Positions 40,532 through 54,335 of a stretch of DNA of 64,000 bases are shown here, piece by piece. The notes beneath the pieces are model-generated. The model was given only the letters and a program-made list of their open reading frames with translations. It was not told the DNA's origin and ran no database searches. Made by a program: the position numbers and the translations under genes. Numbering within the stretch: position 1 is the first letter of the stretch; the number at the start of each line of letters is the position of its first letter. Source of the DNA: Selaginella moellendorffii (Eukaryota > Plantae > Lycopodiophyta); assembly GCF_000143415.4 (NCBI RefSeq), contig NW_003314264.1, forward strand, positions 1,253,624 through 1,317,623. The letters run 5' to 3'.

Positions 40532-41528
40532 TGCCTCTTCCCGGGAGAGAGATATCAAGTCCAGTGCTGCTCGCCTCTGCTCATCAAACTTCTCTCCCTG
40601 GTGTTGGTCATGCCCGGCTAGCCGAGCTTCCTCTCGGCTAGGAAGCCCGAATTTTCTATATCTTTAGCGACCAGGAATCTCATGCGGACAGCTATTTGTC
40701 CCGGAGCAGCGAGTAAAAATACTCCCGACACCCGACCTGTGTCCACCAACTTGGAGTGATTGACGAGACCGGCACTGTAGCTCGCAACCACCAATACGAC
40801 GAAAAGAAACGAGCTCAAGCTCCTCCTCTCGAGTCCCAATTATGAGAACGAACTCCCGTCGTTCTTTGTTTTCCTTCTCATAAAACCGGGACGTAACTAT
40901 CTCGTTTTCTGTCCGTCTGGCACGATGTCACCGTAAGTTTTGGGATGACTCGAAGCTCAGAAGTGAGATTAAAGATTCCTTGCTTCCGATTTAGTTACGA
41001 GTCGATGGCGCCTCCCCTCTCAACGAACGATTTTGTGGACTTCTATCGGCGATTCGAGAAGGACAAGCCACCGGCACAACTCTCCTTTTTATACGCTTCC
41101 TCGTTTACCAGCACCAGGTGCTCTGTTCCGCTATAGGCCGCTGGTTTTCCGAGCAAAGTTTGAGTATTCCATCCCCTATTCTCCTCCTTTCCGTTTGTTC
41201 TTTTGCTTTTCTTTTCCCTCCTGGCCGCCGACGGGGACACTTCGCCAACTGTAGGTTGTCCGTCTATAATGGTTGTTGATCTTTCGTATCGGTGTGGTGG
41301 CGACTCTAAAGTTAAAAGGAACAATGGCTGCAGCGATCTAGCACTGGCAATCACCGACCTGTCACAGCTCCCCCTTATAAATATCCAGCGGCTTCAAATA
41401 CCAGGTAGCCATCTCGTGTTGTTCGTCCGCCTTGCGCGCGTCTTTATTGAAACACCTTGGCAGCACCACGTAGACCCGAGTCCACTTCTCGTGCTCCATC
41501 AAATACGTCCAAACCCGGACACTGTAAG

Positions 41529-44500
41529 TCAATACTGCGGCATGTCCGTCTTCTGGAGCAAATCAAAGCATCCTGTTCCCAGGCCCACTGTTCTCCCAAC
41601 AATAATCCGTGAAGACGGGGTATCCAGCTCGTCGACTTGCCGCCGCAGAGACGCATCTATGAGGAACTGCGACGCGGTCTCGAAACTCATCTTGAGGAAA
41701 GGTGACGGGTTGGAGACGATGCCGACCCGGTTGAGTGGCCTGTAACCCCCCTGGAACGTCATGAAATCGGCAATGAGGCTGAGATGGCGGGCGTTGACAG
41801 AGATGCCGTACGAGCCGAAGACGCCCTGTACCTCCCTCACGATGGTGGCTCTGGCTGCCTCTACGCCGTAAGTGTTGAGCATGGCGGCAATGTCGTTGGA
41901 TGTGAGCTTGTTTAAGTCGAGAACATCGTCCGGCAGAGACCAGAGTTCCCAGAAGTTGACACCGTCCGTCTGGAGCGCGGGGTTTTCCGGTTTGCCGTTA
42001 AGCTCAATCGCGTTACACTTCTCGATGTTTTTCATACGCCGTACCGTCACGGTTTTGAGTACTTTCTCGACAATCTGCACGAGACAGCCAGCGTGAAACA
42101 GCCATAAAGAAGAACCAGTAAAAAAAAACTTACATTCGGAAGAAAGAGCTGCGGACTGTTCTGGTTCGCTTGGAATTTCATCTCGTAGCTTCTCCCACGA
42201 GCCCGAACGCTACTGCTCTTCTTCCCCTCTTTCTCTTTCCCGTGCCCCTCTTCCTCGTCATCCACAACTTCACCACCCTTCTCTTCGTCGTTATCACCGT
42301 CGACAATATCGTTTTCAGCATCTAAATCCATCTCTTGCTCGTCCTCTTGCTCGCTATCTGTCTCATAAGCAGCCTCGTCAGTGGTTCTCCCTTTCCGTTT
42401 CTCGGCATCGGCCCCTTCTTCTTGATCATCATCATCGTCATCTTCTTCAGCTACTTCCCCAGCCTCGATCACCTTCTTCTTCCCACCTTCGTTTTCACCC
42501 TCCCCGGCGGGAGAAGGCTCGTCCTCCGAAATTCCAAGTATCTGTATGGAGTCTTTTGCCGAAGTGAGTGCCTTTATCTCCCTCTCGATTTCTTTCCTCA
42601 CTCCTTTAGCAAAGACGGACTTGATGGCCATGTCTATCTCCTCATTTTTGAGATCAAGGTGCGGCGGGAAACGCTCTTCAGGATATACACGTAGTCTCAC
42701 TTTGTAAAGCCGTGACGGTACACCGTGATGAACATAGAAGGGAACAGCACTCACTTCGACCGCTTCCAAGATGTCCGCTAACATCACCTTGGTCATCACG
42801 CCGGCAAGCTTCTGGCCTTCGTCTCTGAACACGAAATCTCAATAGTAAGAAAGAGAGTAATTTCTTTTCTACCAACCTTGTTTTCCCAGGCTTCAACGGG
42901 CACGTCATTATAGGAGTTTTGATAGCCTTGGAGGCAACGGTAAGGATTTCGTGCAGCCTAGGAATACCCAGCGTCACGTTCATCTCACCACGTCCTGCAA
43001 AGTGGAAAGTATTGAGCCTGCACAATGGTATACAGCCAGGGTCATTACTAATGATGGAACTCAGAAAGACTTACGTCATTTGTGTAGATGGTTCCCCGAT
43101 AGATTGGCCAGCAAGAACACCGACTGGCTCACCAGGTGCTGCGAGGCTAGCAAAGTACGTGTGCGTCATCACGCTTCTGAGCTCCTTGATGTGTCTCCTG
43201 CGATACAATTTGTACGCCTTTTTCTTCCCTTCCGAGAGCCCACCAATAAACTTCTCAAACTTCTGTTCCATGGCCTCAGGTATGTCTGTGATGTAAGCGT
43301 CCTTGGAAACAATTGCCTTCATATTCTTCACGTCCTTGGCATGTTCTCCTAAGCCAAGCTTTTGAGTAATCAGGTCGCGGTTCTGAAAGAAAAGGCAGTG
43401 AGGGAAACGAAAAAGCTCATATGTCTTAACTGTAGCCATAAGGTCGAAGTTCGTCAAACAGCTGCTCTTAGTCACGTCCACGGCATCTTCTCCATACAAA
43501 AATTGTATCACCGATCCATCTGCATCACGTACTGTAAAGTCGTAATTGATTTTCAAGCACTCCAGATTTTTTATTATGCATCTCTGCAAGTATCCACTCT
43601 TTGCTGTTTTGACGGCAGTATCCACAAGTCTGCAAGCATAGACGAATAGTGAGTTATTGAAAGTCCACTTAAGTATCAGCATACCCGTCACGGCCAGCCA
43701 TGCAATGATAATAGTACTCCTGAGGCCTTAAACCTGTCAGGAAACGATCTTTGATAAACCCACCGGACCTGGCAACAGGTTCGTATGGTTGAAAACAGGG
43801 AAGCGTCTTGCCAGACACCATCCTTGGCACGCGTTTGCCTTCTAATTCCTGCTGGCCAAGCATTGACGATATTTGCGTGAAGTTGACCTGTAACACTACA
43901 ATTAGCTCACTGATACCATCAATATACACGTTTACGTACCATTCCTCCCTTTGCACCAGTTACCGTCATCAGAGATAAGCAATTTTCAGGAAAAGGCTTC
44001 ACCAAACCTTTCGGAAAGAGTGCATTGTTTACTTCAGAAGTCACCTTATTCATAGCACTTGACATGAGCATATCGAGACGAGCTCGGCCGGCATCACCTC
44101 TCAGCTGAAGAATTTTCCCAGTCATGTCTTTAATTGCTTCAATTCCCACGCCTATTGATGTGCATGTTAGAACCAAAGCAATGTAGACTTTTTTCCTCTT
44201 ACTCGACAGTTTCTTGTCCTCAACACCCACAAAACGCCCATGCACAATGTCACCCAGCTCATTCTCCGCTGGCTCGAGTTTAGCAGCTCTCTCCTCTTCC
44301 GCTCCTGGGAGCAAAAGCATGTCGGCGATTCCACAAGTAAACCCATGCATCTGCAGAACAGTACGAAAAAGAAAAGAAAATTAGAAAACTTGAGAGTTAA
44401 CAGAATAACTCCACTCACAAATAAATAGGAGGTGAACAGCCTGCTAAAAACCGATAGAAGATGACCAGCATCGTCAGCACCATACAGCTCTTGAACAGTG

Positions 44501-47270
44501 TGCACCAAGCCAAATTTTCCAAACTGAGCTTTGTCAATGATACCGCAAAGAAGATCGTTTCCTCGAACCAGAACCTTCAGTTCCTCGCTTGTCTTCCCAA
44601 TATAATCTCCCGAGACACGTATACCTCTTTCCATTGAAAACGGAGGCCTCCCTCTGGTGACATAGTTGAGGATTGTCGTTAAAACCTACGAAGTGTCAAC
44701 AATTCTTAGTAATAATCAAGAAATCAAATAAACATACTTGCTTTCCGGACCACAGGCAACGAGGTTTCCAAATAGCTGGAGGGACAGTTTCAATTGCCGG
44801 ATGATTGTCGAGCGTTTTCACATTGCGACCCTTCGAAAAAGAGCCAGATTCTAACGTCGGCATAGGTACGCAAGCAGAATAAACGAGTTGATGATATTCC
44901 TCCTTCGTTAAAAATGTATCCTTTTTCGTGAGAAGAGTCGCACTAATAATATGATCCTGTTTATACAGTTGATGAGAAAACAGCAAATCGTTACAATTTC
45001 TTACTTGAATGAGCCCTCGTATGGGTTCCCCGCTTGTCGGTACGACATACTGTTGGTTGGCATTGACAATCAGGTAAGCCTCGGCTCGTCCTAGTTCATC
45101 TTGTGGAAAATGAACATTCATCTCATCTCCGTCAAAGTCTGCATTGTACGTACTAGAAAAACAACATTCAGTGCACTAGCAGCTCAGTTTAGGATTTAAA
45201 CCTGCAATTTGCGTAGTGCAAACGCAAAGCTCGTTGCCCTTTAATCACACGAGCTTTGTGTCCCATCACTCCAGGTTTGTGAAGAGTTGGCTACAAAAAC
45301 AAATGAGCAAGCAAAAACATTAACCGAAATTTACCTGACGATTCGCGAGTAATATATCTCCGTCTTGCAAGTGTCGGTAAACTGTCTTTCCTATAAGCTT
45401 TTCTTTCTTTATAGTGTCAGTCGCTGTAGCGCCTGGCGTGGAAAGCAGTGTCTTTGCCGTAGCAACCCGCTGCCAATCTTTAAGGTACTCAAGGCTCACC
45501 CGAACACCCAGCTCGTCTTCAACATGAGTAGCCCCAGGATGTACGTTCGGACCATTTTCAACATTTCTCCTTAACCGCTCGAAGTTATACGCTGTTACTT
45601 TCTGAAAGCAGAAAACCAGCACGTAAGTACTGTCAGCAATACGTCTTCATACCTCTGGATATGTCAGTTTTACAGCAAAATTTGGTGGAATACCAATTTC
45701 ATTGACCGCAATAAAAGGATCAGGTGAAATAACGGAACGGCAGGTATGGTTTACCCTCTTCCCCATCATGTTCCACCTAAAGAGACCTTGTTTCTTTTCC
45801 AATAGTTGTCTGATTCCAACGTTTCTATCTTTCCCAGCAACTGCAACACAGAGGAATCTGAAACTTTGCAAATAACTCATCATGCTGACGAAAATACCAG
45901 TAGTGCTATCAATAAGTTCGTTCACGGCATTTTGCAACTCAAGCCATAACCGCAGACCATCCTCTGATTTTGCACCGCTCTCTGTAATAAGATCTGACAG
46001 CTGAATATTTTTTTCGACAACAACCTCATAAAGCTTGTTTTGAGGATGCTCCAGAAGCTGCCAGTGAACTTATTAACAATTGAAAAACATGTATAGAAGC
46101 AGTTTTACCTGATTATTGACATAGTTTGGAGGCCGAAATCGATTCGGTGTGACTGCAAGTGCTTCCAAGAAGAACAGAGATAAACCATCTTTCCGAGCAG
46201 GTGACTTTCCAGTCCCAACTCCACCCCAAATCAAAGAGCAGAGCTTCTCCTCGTTCCTCCACAGCGCACTCAAGTGTTTTCTTACCTGAAACTTGTATCA
46301 GTCTCTAAAAAGGAAGAACATGGGAACGTCACCTCTGAAGGTAGTAAAATTTTAGGCGCGCTGAAGTACCCGACTGCTTGAATACTCGAGTTCTTGCCAA
46401 ATTTATCCGCTTTGGGCTTTTTGCCCTTCGACTCGGGAACGCTGGCGTCCATTGCCGCCGCTGCAGCATTTTGATCTCTAAAAATATGCCCGCTGACCAT
46501 GTTCGCACTCATATGCCTAGAACTCAGTGGTTGCTGGAGAAAAAATTTTTTAGAAAATGATTGAGTAAATAACCACTAGAAACACTCCAAGGTTACCTGG
46601 AACAGCTTCCCGTGACCTTCGCTCCTGATCGCTGGAACCTGCCCACCACAAGAACTACATTTGGTCCGCGGAAGTTTAAAGAAATCTTCGATGATCTTCT
46701 TCACTTGGATAAAGTGCCCCGACGTTATAAGCATTTTACGCCCGCCTGACGGATTCTCGACAACACTCTCTTTCATGATTTGCGTGAGAGCAATGCAAGC
46801 GTCTTCAACCTGTGGAATTTTTTTTGGAAAAAGTCAGTCAGAAAACTCAATGGTTTTCCTCCACTTACTTTCTTGCGCTCGTGCTTGAAGTGGTGGCAGA
46901 AAACACAAACGCTCTTGAAAATTCTCACGAGAGATCTGTAGAGAAGAGGATTGAAAACTGGCATCACGAGCTCAATATGCCCGAAATGTCCAGGACAAAA
47001 CAGCTGCATATCTCCACAAGTCGGACACCTGAGCAAAAAAAAAAAAAAAAAACAAGTCTTTTAAGCACGAAAATGCTGAAAGATTGAGCCTTACACATCC
47101 GATTGTTCTGTAGGACCAAGAGCTGGATCATACAGCCCATTCGGCACCGGCTTCCCCAATCCATCCAGCAACCGCGGGCTGGTAATCCGCTTTACACTCA
47201 TCGCTCGCACCTCATCGGCCTGATAATACGAGAATCCGATCGCCTCCATCGAATGCGCCGCCTCCTGCAT
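41529..47270 (-). CDS. NRPA1: RNA polymerase I largest subunit
   Basis: [85 protein letters not shown], acidic expander region, KMSFETA. Confidence 0.96.
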
Positions 47271-47408
47271 CGATCGAAGAGGAAGAATCACATCCACGAT
47301 CAATTTCTCTCATCGCCTACCTCTCGGCGCCCCATTTTCGCTCTGCGCTAAAACCCTAATGGCGTGGCACTAAAACCCTAGAATGCTCTGTACAAAAGTG
47401 GCTTTGAT

Positions 47409-48053
47409 TTATACTTTGAAATCCTTCTTTGCTCGAAACCATGGACTACAGCAAAAGTACATTGGAAGTCTGTATCTTCCACAAATCCTGGCACAAGAAA
47501 CGATCAACACACCACAGCAATTGTAAGAAACCATGGATAGATTTTTTCTCTCGTTAGAATCAATGTTTTCGAGTGTTACTTGACTTGCCTCATCGAGCCA
47601 AAAGCTCTCCGCGAGTCAGAAAAGCAAGAAATTTTCATCTCTGGGCAGATGAACGCCGTGCTCGCAGATTAATCGCTGCGGCAGGCTGCCTGAATTACTA
47701 CCCAATCGCTCTCTCTCCCTCCTCAATGGAAAATCTTAGCACTTACGAGCACTGGGCGATCACTGGAATGGGCTTCAAGTTCTTGGGATTGTTCCTTAGC
47801 TTCTTCTTATACTTGGAAATCTAGGAAAGAAAAGAGAGATAGAGCGCCAAGAATGCAGCACTTTTACCTTTGATTTGGGGACTGCCATGAGCTCCATCGA
47901 TCCAGAAATCGATTCTGCTGCAGGTGCTCCATGCCCGACCTCGCTCCCGATCACTGGCGCCTCGGCAGGAGCGCACGGCGGCCGGATCGATGGCGCCGGA
48001 TGGAAATGCCTACGAAGAACACGGGCTCTCAGCTGCCAAGCCACGGCCGCCAT
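47409..48053 (-). CDS. Mitochondrial ribosomal protein L32 (bL32m)
   Basis: Transit peptide, MELMAVPKSK|ISKYKKKLRN..PVIAQCS|ICGRYRLPMYFCC zinc site. Confidence 0.85.
47571..47692 (-). ncRNA. Candidate intronic H/ACA snoRNA
   Basis: Unusually long intron; hairpin GGCAG...CTGCC with an internal pocket 14 nt from H box AGATGA, possible second hairpin, ACA + 3 nt. Confidence 0.3.
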
Positions 48054-48200
48054 TCATACCCTAGTTCCCAAAGCACTCTAAACCCTAAACTCGGAAGCAT
48101 ATTCCAACCCCCAAACGTTTACAAACGCAAAAATTATGTACACGCAAAAACGAAGAACAACCTCTCTCTTCTCTCTTGTTCTAGTTTTTTGGTTGATCTC

Positions 48201-49914
48201 TCAGTAGTCCCAGCCGCTAAATGCTGTCTCCGATCGCCCCCTCGCGTCCATTGGCCACTCCAGATTCTGGCGATGGAGCACAGCGTAGGACGAGTTTGAG
48301 AAGAGCGGCGGAGTCTCCACTTTGATCCCACGAGTCAGGCAAGGCACCGCTCGAGGAGTCTTGCGGGGCGAGCTCTCGAGCAAGTGAGACAGCCCGACGT
48401 GATGGTCTCCGTAGCTCAATTCGGCAGGCTTGAGAAACATGCACGCCAATCTGGTAGAAGAACAGATCGATCGATCATCGACGAAAGAACAACCGTGACG
48501 AACGTTTTACCTGTTGATGTTCGAGTTGAGCGACTGGCGCAAACCATTGAACGAGAAGAATCCCTGCGAAACAACAAAGAATCAAAACTGGAAACTGGGG
48601 AATGCTACGAACTAGCTTGTTTACCTTGAAGGAGAAAACGAAGGATGCCTCTGATAACTCCTTGATATCGTCCGACTTCCTGTCCAAGGCTTGGATGTGC
48701 CGCAGCTGCTGTGATATCTCCTCTAGAATCTCCATCTCGCCGTTGCCACCACCGCCCCTCCTCGGCCCTCCAAACGCGTGGTAATCCCTCTCGGCTTCCA
48801 GCGCTCGAAGCCTCGCGCTCAGCTCTCTCAGCTCCTCGCTGAGCTTCCCATGCGGCCGGGCGAAGGCACGAACAATGTGGTCGACGGCGTTGTCTTCGTC
48901 ATCCCGGCTCACGGAACTCGAATACAAACCGGACGAGCTGGACGCGGAGCCATAGCTTCTCGAGTTCTTGAGAGGCGAATCATGGCTTTTCCATCTCGGA
49001 CCATACTTCTCCATGAACTCGTGCTCGGACCGGCCACCCGACGTCGTTCCTGTGCTAGAAACCTCACGTAGATCGTGAATCCCGGACGAGCCATTGCCCT
49101 CTTCGTCGACGTCCATGCTAGACGATCCCACTCCTCGCGAAGGGCTGTGAACTCTCGGAGGAGATTCCACCCTCTCGAACGATTCTATCAAGTTCTTCCC
49201 TCGCTGCTGGCCACCCGCCTGTGGAGTCGCAGCCATGGAAGCACCATCCCCACTCTCCACACTGGAAAAGCAAGGCCTCTTCTTCCCACCAGCGAGAGAG
49301 CTCCGGTACATCTCCACCTCTTTGGACAGCGCCATCCTCTCCTCCTCCTGCTTGGCCAGGATCTCGTTGAGCATTCCAATGGCACCTTGATCATACTGGG
49401 TGCGCTCCTCCACCATCCTTTTGTACTGGCTAGCTTCCATTTGCACCGCAGCCTTCTCCTCTTGCAACCTGGTGATCATAGCCAAGGTCTCGGTAGCAGC
49501 CACCGCGGCGGCATTCCTTTCTTCCTCGAGCTCCACGCTCAGCGCGCTCACAATCTCCCTCTCGGCCTCCAAGGCCCCCATCAAGCGCCTGAATTGCTCG
49601 TTGGAAATCACAGCATCCTCCTCCCAAGCGACGGAAGAGAACACCTCCTCGGGATAGATTTTGGCAAACTTCCTCTTCACGGAGCGCTCGTTCTTGCCGG
49701 ACTGGGAGAGAAGCCGGTTACAAAACGAGCAGCGCCCATGTACTTCGCAATCGCCGCCATTCCAGACCTCCCAGCTCTTTTGGAAATCCACCTCCAACAG
49801 GCCCCCTTGCTGCTGCGCGAGAAGAAGCTCGAGCTTGCGGAGCTGCGCGGCCGCGGGAGAGGGCGCCAGACACGAGCAATACGCCGCGACGCAGCAATCG
49901 CAGACGCTGCCCAT
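48201..49914 (-). CDS. Myosin-binding protein (MyoB; GTD/Zein-binding DUF593)
   Basis: ELEEERNAAAVAATETLAMITRLQEEKAAVQMEASQYKRMVEE; ARLRALEAER. Confidence 0.9.
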
Positions 49915-50295
49915 GCCCCCAAGGTACAATCCGGATATCAAAATCTACTGGAGCTGAAATGCGAGCTGGCGATGTCTCCGACCTCAAATTTCCAGCCCCA
50001 GCTCATCGCTATCGGTCGGCGCGCCTTGGATTCCCCCCGCCCACTTCGTGGAGCTCGCCAAACCCTAGAACAAAAGCCCTAGAACAGTGAGGGAGGGAGA
50101 ACAAAGAAATTATTCTTTTTCATTCGGCCGAAAGGTCCACCACATTTTCGTACGATTATAACGTTCAACCATAGCCCAGCAATCGACGGTCAGGGATTCC
50201 ATTCTATATCTGGCACTGTAGCCGTCAGATATTCGCGCCCGCAGTTACTATATTCGCTATAGCTAACTAACTCCGTTTGAAATGGTACATACGCT

Positions 50296-52484
50296 TTACT
50301 CCATGTGGCAACGCTTGAGATACCACGCAGCATACTTGTTGAGTGACCAACGCACGACGATCTTTAACGCTACCAAAATTGCGAAAGTTCCACCGGCAAC
50401 GAGTCCAAATCTTAGCAGGGAACTCCAAGCGGACTTTGTCGAGATGTACGAAGCATACAGAGGAAGTATGACTTTGATAACCTGTGATCCAGGGTTATGG
50501 AAACATTTGAGAGAAAGTTCTAGCCTTACCACACAGGCGGGGCCGAGAGGTATGAATCTGAGAGCTTTGCTCCTGGAGGAGTCCTTGCGGCTGCTTGCAA
50601 TCTGAAACATGAAAACTTCAGAGAAGGAATTTGAAAGATTTCTCTATAAACCTGTTCGCACAGCATCTCCAGGAACTCCGTGTAGGCTGCGGGCATGACT
50701 TGGTTCACCTTCGCTAGAAAGGAATGCTTGATAAGGTCCACAAAGGATTCGCAAAACATTACCATCGCCGCGTGCTGCACAACACAATATGGGATCAATA
50801 AGTCAGTGCAATACGGGAACTAGATAACGAAACGTACGTAGAAAAATAATTGCATCCATGGCCCTTCCACAAGAATGATGTTTTGCGCAAACGCGAAAAA
50901 GAGGCAAGTCAGAAGATGAAAGCGCTCCACTGTGTCTGCGGAAGTGACACAACACATTATGGCGAAAAATACGAGCGACACAAGCTTCGCACCAGTGTGA
51001 GCCAGATCATGCATATTCTGCTTGTTAAACCGCTTGAAAACGGTACTCTTGATCTCTGCGAAATTGTTGGACATTAGCAGCACAAGCAGCGACCTGTTTG
51101 TTGCGGCGTAATGGAGCGCCGCGGAGAGACTGATCGCTTCGAACAAAATTATAAACGAGTGGACTGGTGTGCACAGTTAAGATGGAACAAAAGAACGAGA
51201 TGAAAAGAGAAATTTTCGAAGGATATTGAAGCAGCCCACTGCTATGAGCCAGTTGAGAGCAAAAGTTTGTAAACCTGCAGCATTTGAAACGTAATTCATC
51301 GCTGAGAAATACAGAACCTGTAGCACATCCACGCCAAATGACTGGAAGAGTTTGTCGAAGACCTGAATCAAGACAATAAACTTCACGCCCTGCAAGGAAA
51401 TTTTGAATTTTACCTCCAGCATGTTGTAAATGACATAGAGTTTTATATTCGGCTCAAATCGAATCGAGTGATAGATATAGCTGATATCTAAACGGTGACA
51501 GTGCAGAACGTAAGAAGCCAGAATCAACTGCCATATAGATCAAAATACCTGCTTGCTGAAGAAAAAGAACCCCGAGAACCAAGACAAGTAAGCAACCGAA
51601 ATCGGACAAGTCACGGGCTTGCAATGCTCGTCGCTCTCTGCCAGTCAGATAGAAGAGAGTGAGAAAACAATGTAAAAGAAAATCATTTCACACCTAGAAA
51701 ATTCACCTCAGACGCCTCCAAAGAGCTATTACAACGCGGACCGGTGTCGCAACCAGAAGCGAAAGAAAGGAGTCTAGGCAGGCGAAAAAACCAACGAGGA
51801 TGAGCTGAAACACGAGTTCCAAAAGCAAAGATAAAATGTTAAGCATGAAACTCTTGCGAAGTAGAATAACAAACAACTAACCAGTTCGCATCGCCAGGGG
51901 ACGTGCACCAGAGTATTGTAGACGCAATCCTGACTTTTCTGATTTCCAGCTCGTACCGTTGCCTCCAAAGAGCTTCCTTCAAGCAACCCGTGAAAAAAGC
52001 CGCGAGCTTGCCAGGATTCGCCAATGTCGACTTGCTTCGCAGGCTTCTCGGCCTCGAAGCGATCGAAAACTTTGGTGTCTGCGTTACTGACAGCTTGAGG
52101 AGAGGGATGCGCCACCAAAGAGGAGGTTCCATTCTCTTGAAGAACAGGACCATCTCCATTTTCCTGTACCGCATGAACAGCACGTTTTTCCTCCGCTCCA
52201 TTCTGCTGGATTATCCCATTCACCGCTGTGGGAAATTTTGGTACCTCTTTGCGGACCTGCGCTACCAGATCGGCAAATCCCGCGAGATCGGCGCTGGATC
52301 CAGGGCTGAGGCTGAAACTCTGCTTGAGCGTTCCCTTTTTGCTCCGGCGCCGCCGCCTCCGGGAATTCTTCTCCGCCACGAGCTCGTTCCTGGGCGGCGC
52401 CACTCGATCATCCTCGTCGCCGGCAACATCGCGGCTGAGGAGATCGAACGAGACACTCCGCTTCACCAAAGCAGCGGGCGCCAT
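50296..52484 (-). CDS. POD1: POLLEN DEFECTIVE IN GUIDANCE 1 / TAPT1 (DUF747) membrane protein
   Basis: VYNTLVHVPWRCE, DISYIYHSIR..IKLYVIYNMLE, SNNFAEIKSTVFKRF, CESFVDLIKHSFLAK. Confidence 0.9.
51167..51226 (-). other. U12-type AT-AC intron in POD1
   Basis: 5' ATATCCTT, branch site TCTTAAC, 3' AC; removal restores the frame GCFT-VHSFIILFEA. Confidence 0.85.
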
Positions 52485-52832
52485 TGCTTCTCCAAGCTCA
52501 TAGCTACACGTAAAGAACCCTAACCCTCCATGCGGTGGAGGAAAACGCGAGGACTGGTCTACACGTGGTCGTCGACAACTGGATGGGCAGCGTGGCAAGA
52601 AATGGTATATCCTGCGCTTTCCTAGGTATCTGAATATTCCCACCCTGCCGTTCGTACTTGCGTACGGAGTCGTCCACGTCGGCGCTCCTCACGGTCAAAT
52701 CCTGGTGGGGATTAGAGATTTAGGGCTCTTAACGCCTGGGAGCGATCGATCGATCGATCTGCGAGCTAGAGCGCGGCATTTTGGATCGCGCGCCGTCTGG
52801 GATCTAGGATTTCGAGGAGCTGCCATGGGATC

Positions 52833-54335
52833 ATGAGCAGGAGAGATGGCTCCTGCTGGAGGCACCCTTCTCAACGCGCGGCTGGAGTGTGCGCCGACTG
52901 CCTCAAGGAGCGGCTCTCGGCGCTGAGCCCCTCGGCGGAGGCGCTGGTTCCACACAGGGCGTCCTACAGCGACAGGAGCTCGGCATTCGGGTTTGTAGCG
53001 CTAGATAGGAGGAATGCCGCGGCTAGCCGGCCAGGGATCGCGGATTATGGAGGCCAGCGCCAGCAGCAGCTCGTCTCACCGCTACTCTCGGATGCCTACT
53101 TGCGGAGGTCCAAATCTTGGTCGCATTGGGAGGGAAGTGGCGGCGGCGGCGGCGGCGTCGTCATGGGCGGCGCCTCCAACGCCGCCCGGGGGAACAACCT
53201 TCCCTTCGGCAACGGGAATGGATTCGCCGGGAGGAAGTCCGATGCCGTTCTTGACGACTGGACCCGGCAGAGGTTCTTCTCGATCTTCGCCAAGGACCAG
53301 AGCCAGCAGAAGAAATCGTCGTCGGCTTGCGCCAGCAACAACAGGAGCACGCCGCAGCGCTTCTATGGCGGCGCTCCACCGCTCGCGTCTGGGATGAGGA
53401 GCGGCGGCGGCGGCGGCCATCGCTGCCTCGCTTCTTCCAAGGTAGACTATCAAGGTGAGGGTCTTAGTTCTAGCGCAGCAGCTGGGTTAGAGAATGGGAA
53501 CTCCTCGTCCGCCAAGAAGACTTCGTCACGTAAGTCATCCGCATGGTGGTCTTCGCTGGTGACAACTTTCAGGAAATCCAAGCCAAGGCCTTCTCCCGAG
53601 ACCGAGCCAGCAGTAAGCAAGAAGAAATCCACGAGCACCGGCAGCAGCAGCCTGGCCGGCTATTTCAACCGGGCGAGGAAAGAAGAAGCCAAGTATGTGA
53701 ACTTGGCAAAGGGTCGAGCTTCCCAGCATAGCCCAAACTGGAAGCAGCAGCACCCACAACAACAACAGCAGCAGCAGCAGCACAGCAATCCATCGTGGAT
53801 CTCATCGCCACTGCGAATTTTCAAGCACGGTGCGAGCTCTAACCACGGCAAGGCCAAGAAGGACGCGGCCAACCCGATCAGCTCGTCTTCCTCGCAGCAA
53901 GCTTGCGACGCTCACCTCCACCAACAAAACCAACAACACCAGCAGGAAAACACCGTCGACAGGCACTCGAGCTCCGAAAAGCCGAGCTCCTGGAGCATTC
54001 CATCGTCGGTGGAGCTGAAGAAGCTCCAGGCGGCGACGCCGGCCTACACGGCCTACTACAGGGACTACGGCGCGTGGAGCTTGTCGTCGAGCCCGGTACC
54101 GCACAACAGGTGGGGCAACGCTAATAACTGCGCTACGAGGGGAAAGCAGCCGTGGGAGAATCGAGACGTTGTCGCCCACTCTGCGTCGTCACCGTACCAC
54201 CGACTGGGCAGCAGCACTTGGAACTTTTACTTGACGCCGCTACGGCCTGCCAAAGCGAAGGCCGCCGGCATCGCCACCACCACCACCACCACCACCGCCA
54301 GCAGCGCTTCAAAACAACAGAACAACAGGTATTAA
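52833..54335 (+). CDS. OCTOPUS-like / DUF740 protein
   Basis: N-terminal CWRHP..GVCADCLKERLSAL, LRRSKS, Ser-rich body, FYLTPLR; intronless. Confidence 0.8.
   Translation: MSRRDGSCWRHPSQRAAGVCADCLKERLSALSPSAEALVPHRASYSDRSSAFGFVALDRRNAAASRPGIADYGGQRQQQLVSPLLSDAYLRRSKSWSHWEGSGGGGGGVVMGGASNAARGNNLPFGNGNGFAGRKSDAVLDDWTRQRFFSIFAKDQSQQKKSSSACASNNRSTPQRFYGGAPPLASGMRSGGGGGHRCLASSKVDYQGEGLSSSAAAGLENGNSSSAKKTSSRKSSAWWSSLVTTFRKSKPRPSPETEPAVSKKKSTSTGSSSLAGYFNRARKEEAKYVNLAKGRASQHSPNWKQQHPQQQQQQQQHSNPSWISSPLRIFKHGASSNHGKAKKDAANPISSSSSQQACDAHLHQQNQQHQQENTVDRHSSSEKPSSWSIPSSVELKKLQAATPAYTAYYRDYGAWSLSSSPVPHNRWGNANNCATRGKQPWENRDVVAHSASSPYHRLGSSTWNFYLTPLRPAKAKAAGIATTTTTTTASSASKQQNNRY

Noticed and set aside
40618-41460. 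Small ORFs between laccase and NRPA1
   Set aside because: No motifs; more likely laccase promoter and NRPA1 3' UTR
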